From an uncultured Bdellovibrionales bacterium (GTDB taxonomy: Bacteria; Patescibacteriota; Minisyncoccia; Moranbacterales; UBA1568): 64,000 nucleotides of DNA. Positions 59,899 through 64,000 of the stretch are shown one piece after another. Where the stretch lies: assembly GCA_964594215.1 (NCBI GenBank), contig CAZQLN010000002.1, forward strand, positions 105,855 to 169,854. The letters are read 5' to 3'. The position numbers were made by a program, and so were the translations under genes. The notes below the pieces were generated by a model that was not told the origin of the DNA, ran no database searches, and was given only the letters and a program-made list of their open reading frames with translations. Position 1 is the first letter of the stretch. Each line of letters starts with the position of its first letter.

Positions 59899-62349
59899 CT
59901 AGAGAATGGTGAAGGCCGCCACGCTATCACCAGCAGTTGGTTTCATGACACGCACACCTTGGGTGACTCGCCCAAGAAGCGGTACGCTCTTGAGAGGAAT
60001 ACGAATGATGGTTCCCTTGGTAGAGGTGAGAATGAGGTCATTATCCATACTCTCCTCATGCGTGACAAGTGCTCCCACAAGAGATCCTGTCTTTGGAGTT
60101 ACCTTCAAAGCTTTCATGCCGCTCCCTCCACGTTTCTGAACCTTGAACTGTTTAAGAAGAGTGCGTTTACCATAACCGTTTTCTGAAAGGACAAGTAATT
60201 CCATGTCTTTTGCCTCTTTGGCAATAATATCCATCGCGACCACGGCGTCCTTAGCGTCCTTAAGCTTGATACCACGCACACCCGAGGCGTTACGACCCAT
60301 AGGCCGAACATCTGATTCTTTGAAACGAATTGATTGGCCATCCGCGGTTGTCATAACTACATCATCTGATCCGTTAGTAACATTAACCCAAGAAAGGGCA
60401 TCCCCCTTCTCCAAACCAATAGCGATCAAACCGCTTCGTCTGACATTAGAGAAGTCTTCAATTTTCGTTTTTTTAATAGTTCCCTTTTCTGTCGCCATAA
60501 ACAGATACTTGGCGTCACCATTATCGGCAAACGAAATCACTGCCGTAATTCTTTCCTCTTGTGACATTTGAAGAAAATTAACAATGGCCTGACCACGAGC
60601 TGTTCTTGAAGACTCGGGTATCTCGTAAGCCTTAGTCTGGAAAACCTTGCCTGTATTAGTGAAAAACATGAGGTTATCGTGGGTATTGATAGAGAGCACC
60701 TTAGCAATACGGTCTTCTTCTTTAGTTGTGGCTCCAATTACTCCCTTACCTCCACGCTTTTGGACACGGTAGACACTTGGATTCATACGCTTGATATAAC
60801 CATCAGCGGTCAGGGTGATCATCGCTTCCTCATTGGCTATGAGGTCTTCTTGTTTAAATTCTCCAATACCTCCCTTAATCACTTTCGTGCGACGCTCATC
60901 ACCAAAACGATCCCTCACTTCAATGAGTTCACTTTTCACCAACGCCAAAATCTTCTTGCGATGCTTTAAAAGATCTTCAAGATAAGCAATCAGTTTCATT
61001 TTTTCCGCTAATTCATCTTCAATCTTCTGGCGTTCAAGACCCGAGAGTGTTTGTAGACGCATTTCCAAAATAGCCGTTGCCTGACGGTCAGAAAGCTTAA
61101 ATTTCTTCATCAAGTTAGCATGTGCCTCTTCTTTATTCGGTGATTTCTTGATAGTTGCAATAACATCATCAATATTATCCAACGCAATTTTAAGACCTTC
61201 GAGAATATGTGCTCGATCTTTGGCTTTTTGAAGATCATGCTCTGTACGACGAATAACTACCTTTTCTCGATGGACAATATAGTGTTCGAGTATGGATTTG
61301 AGTGTAAGAATTTGTGGTTCACGACCATCAACAAGCGCTAACGCATTCATGTTGAAATTCTTCTGCAAATCTGTCATTTGGTAAAGTTTGTTAAGAACTT
61401 TTTGAGGAAAAGCTTCCTTCTTGAGTTCGATTACAATACGTACACCGTCTTTATCAGATTCATCACGTAGGTCCTTAATCCCTTGAATTTTATCCTCCTT
61501 CACGAGATCGGCTATTTTCACTATCAAGGAAGCTTTGTTTGTAGCATACGTCATTTCTGTCACAACAATATGGAACTGCCCTGCCTTAGGCTCTACGATT
61601 TCCACTTTGGCACGCGCTGTGATAGGTCCACGGCCCGTAGCATAGGCTTCACGAATATCCCGCTGATTGTAAATAATACCTCCTGTCGGAAAATCTGGCC
61701 CTTTTACGAACTCCATCAGATCATCAATAGTGGCCTCGGGATGATCAATCAGATGAGAGATGGCATCCACTAATTCATTAAGGTTATGTGGTGGAATATT
61801 GGTAGCCATACCTACCGCAATACCAACAGTCCCGTTAAGTAAAAGTTGAGGCAGTTTGGCAGGCAACACCACCGGCTCCTCATGAACTCCATCGAAGTTA
61901 GGAATGAAATCTACTGTGTCCTTATCAATATCAACAAGCATTTCCTCGGCAATAGCCATCAGTTTAGCTTCGGTATAACGATATGCTGCCGCACCATCAC
62001 CATCCATAGAACCGAAGTTTCCCTGCCCCCAAATAAGCGGATAACGCAAAGAAAAATCTTGAGCCATACGTACCATGGTGTCATAGACAGCTGTGTCTCC
62101 GTGGGGATGATACTTACCAAGCACCTCACCGACCACCGTAGCTGATTTGCGGAACTTTGCCGTAGAACGAAGACCGGTGGACCACATGGAGTAAAGAATG
62201 CGACGATGTACCGGCTTTAAACCATCACGTACATCGGGAAGTGCTCGCGATACAATCACACTCATCGCATAGTCAAGATATGACTGACGCATTTCATCAG
62301 TTAGTGAACGATCTTCGATTTTCCCACCGTTATATATTTCGTCAGACAT
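59899..62349 (-). CDS. gyrA: DNA gyrase subunit A
   Basis: 816 aa, [23 protein letters not shown], active-site Tyr region, C-terminal beta-pinwheel repeats. Confidence 0.9.
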   Translation of the reverse strand: MSDEIYNGGKIEDRSLTDEMRQSYLDYAMSVIVSRALPDVRDGLKPVHRRILYSMWSTGLRSTAKFRKSATVVGEVLGKYHPHGDTAVYDTMVRMAQDFSLRYPLIWGQGNFGSMDGDGAAAYRYTEAKLMAIAEEMLVDIDKDTVDFIPNFDGVHEEPVVLPAKLPQLLLNGTVGIAVGMATNIPPHNLNELVDAISHLIDHPEATIDDLMEFVKGPDFPTGGIIYNQRDIREAYATGRGPITARAKVEIVEPKAGQFHIVVTEMTYATNKASLIVKIADLVKEDKIQGIKDLRDESDKDGVRIVIELKKEAFPQKVLNKLYQMTDLQKNFNMNALALVDGREPQILTLKSILEHYIVHREKVVIRRTEHDLQKAKDRAHILEGLKIALDNIDDVIATIKKSPNKEEAHANLMKKFKLSDRQATAILEMRLQTLSGLERQKIEDELAEKMKLIAYLEDLLKHRKKILALVKSELIEVRDRFGDERRTKVIKGGIGEFKQEDLIANEEAMITLTADGYIKRMNPSVYRVQKRGGKGVIGATTKEEDRIAKVLSINTHDNLMFFTNTGKVFQTKAYEIPESSRTARGQAIVNFLQMSQEERITAVISFADNGDAKYLFMATEKGTIKKTKIEDFSNVRRSGLIAIGLEKGDALSWVNVTNGSDDVVMTTADGQSIRFKESDVRPMGRNASGVRGIKLKDAKDAVVAMDIIAKEAKDMELLVLSENGYGKRTLLKQFKVQKRGGSGMKALKVTPKTGSLVGALVTHEESMDNDLILTSTKGTIIRIPLKSVPLLGRVTQGVRVMKPTAGDSVAAFTIL

Positions 62350-62390
62350 AGATATAGATGCAACTTAGTTCATGATTACGCAGATTCATT

Positions 62391-62687
62391 CTACTTGGGG
62401 TCTGTTTCAAAAATTTCTTGCGGCATCGTCCCTTCTGGCTTAGCCTGCAAAGCTTCGTTATTCTTGACTAGAGATTCAAGTGACTTGGCATTATCTTTTG
62501 GCAATGTGGGTAATGGAACATTAAGCCCCTCTCTTGAAATACTACTGATACTCTCTTTTAGAGAAAATGTCCAGATGATGACTACGAAAAACATTGTCAC
62601 CCCAAGACACAGAAGTAGATAGCGCATTCTCACCGCCTCTGGTTGCTCACGAATATCAAGAATTTTTTTTTCAATACGCTCAAACAT
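62391..62687 (-). CDS. Hypothetical small membrane protein
   Basis: 98 aa, one TM. Confidence 0.4.
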   Translation of the reverse strand: MFERIEKKILDIREQPEAVRMRYLLLCLGVTMFFVVIIWTFSLKESISSISREGLNVPLPTLPKDNAKSLESLVKNNEALQAKPEGTMPQEIFETDPK

Positions 62688-62692
62688 AGCTG

Positions 62693-63352
62693 TTAAGCTC
62701 CTCGTTCAAGAAAAATTACTTCCATATTTTTGCCTTCAAGATCTTTTTTCTTCAAGGTCAACTTTGTCTGAACTTCACTTTCCGACACACCTAGCGCTTC
62801 ACAAAAAGCCTTCTTCGTGCCAATGCCCGGACTTGTCAAACCATTCATAGCAAAATGCATTGGGATCACGATGCTTGGCTCTATTTTTTTCACCAGCTCT
62901 ACCGCAAGTGAAACAGATAGGGTGTCTTCACCGCCAATAGGAAGAAAAAGGATGTCTGTATGGGAAAGTTTATCTAACACTTCTGGTGAAAGCTCGTGGC
63001 CCAGAGCGCCTAGATATACCATGTGAAGCTCTTCGCTTTCAAAAGCAAAAAAAGTGTTGTGGCCACGCTTAGCCCCTGAAGCCTCATCAGCGAAACTCGG
63101 ATAAGCTTGGAAGCCGATACCCTGAGTGGAGTACTCACCTGGTATATCAAGAAGCACAGTCTCATTCTTAATTTCTGGCAGATTCTTCTCTTCTCCATGA
63201 GAAATAAGAAGGATATGGGGCGTTCCCTGTGGTGAACGAAGACCTGCCCCCTTCGGGAGTGGGTCAGTCCAAATTACAATATCGTCTGTGGCCCTTCCAC
63301 CAGGTTTTGTGGTTATTTTAAAGCAAAAATCGCCGTAATACTGAATGAGCAT
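62693..63352 (-). CDS. MBL-fold metal-dependent hydrolase
   Basis: 219 aa; beta-lactamase-fold pattern (LLISHGEE..., IPMHF). Confidence 0.6.
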   Translation of the reverse strand: MLIQYYGDFCFKITTKPGGRATDDIVIWTDPLPKGAGLRSPQGTPHILLISHGEEKNLPEIKNETVLLDIPGEYSTQGIGFQAYPSFADEASGAKRGHNTFFAFESEELHMVYLGALGHELSPEVLDKLSHTDILFLPIGGEDTLSVSLAVELVKKIEPSIVIPMHFAMNGLTSPGIGTKKAFCEALGVSESEVQTKLTLKKKDLEGKNMEVIFLERGA

Positions 63353-63707
63353 ACCGTAGAAAAAGTAGTTTACTGGCTTATTTTAGCACAAACACACACC
63401 CTCTGTCCACGGCTCAGATGCAGTATCCCTGTAACGCGCCTCTTGCCAAAATGTATATTCTCCCCTATACTAGTCACATTGTGGTTAGATAAAAAGTTAC
63501 CCTTTGGAAGACTTTCTTACCCATGACGCTCCGTAACTCAAAGTATTAAGACAACTGAAGTGAGAAATGCTTTAATTTCTCCACAATCTCCCTTATTTTA
63601 GCTTAAATAAGGTCTTGATACAGGGTTATTGGGCATCATTTCTAGGAAAATGGTGCTTTTTTCTTAATAAACCTCTTTTAATTATTAATGTTGATCATAG
63701 CAATCGT

Positions 63708-64000
63708 ATGTCAGAAACTACTCAAACATCTAAAATGGGCGCTCTTCTAGAGCAACACCTCCTAGAAATCCCTGAAATTGGTGACGTTGTTCTTGGAACA
63801 GTTATCCATGTTGCCTCATCTTCAGCTCTTATTGATCTTGGCGGCCTTGGTACTGGTATTGTTCTCGGTAAAGAAATGCGTGATGGCCTCGGTCTCGAAG
63901 GTAAACTTAAGGTAGGTTCTCAAGTGAGTGCTACTCTTATGGATTTTGAAAATGAAGATGGTTATATAGAACTCTCTATTCGTGAAGCTTCCTATGAAAA
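63708..64000 (+). CDS. rpsA: 30S ribosomal protein S1 (N-terminal part; continues beyond window)
   Basis: First S1 domain GDVVLGTVIHVASSSALIDLGGLGTGIV. Confidence 0.8.
   Translation, partial: MSETTQTSKMGALLEQHLLEIPEIGDVVLGTVIHVASSSALIDLGGLGTGIVLGKEMRDGLGLEGKLKVGSQVSATLMDFENEDGYIELSIREASYE

Noticed and set aside
1-64000. Search for CRISPR arrays, rRNA genes and transposase/IS elements
   Set aside because: None of these was seen. The only recurring sequences are the promoter module and the leader element described in the findings.

Overview
This window is a 64 kb stretch of low-GC bacterial chromosome, about 40% GC by hand-counted samples. Its gene content and architecture resemble Candidate Phyla Radiation / Patescibacteria (possibly Saccharibacteria-like); that placement is inference, not a search result. 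Most genes lie on the minus strand.

Housekeeping genes recognised from motifs: yvcK-like (partial), hup, rny, gpmI, clpP, tig, ppa, nusA, typA, infB, cca, pcrA, rsmA, comM, lspA, yraN, pnp, rpsO, gyrA, rpsA (partial), plus tRNA-Pro(UGG) and tRNA-Leu(UAG).

Accessory content:
- A nine-gene type IV secretion (T4SS)-like operon at 26602-38506. Its VirB4 is encoded as two adjacent ORFs.
- A tandem array of five TrbC/VirB2-like pilin-module paralogs at 12905-16865, three carrying Cys-rich ectodomains.
- A GC-anomalous island at 9721-12860 plus a GC-rich single gene at 5060-5533 (about 50-57% GC). All three transcription units have near-consensus sigma70 promoters, and two carry a conserved, riboswitch-like 5' leader RNA beginning exactly at the predicted transcription start.
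- Other items: a XerC/D-type recombinase beside the T4SS locus, two very large secreted beta-helix proteins (one with a lipase GHSNG motif), a RhuM-Fic protein, a UbiA prenyltransferase with an extra N-terminal membrane domain, an NYN-domain gene between rpsO and pnp, and a 0.7 kb gene-free region with RNA-like hairpins.

No rRNA, CRISPR array or transposase was seen.
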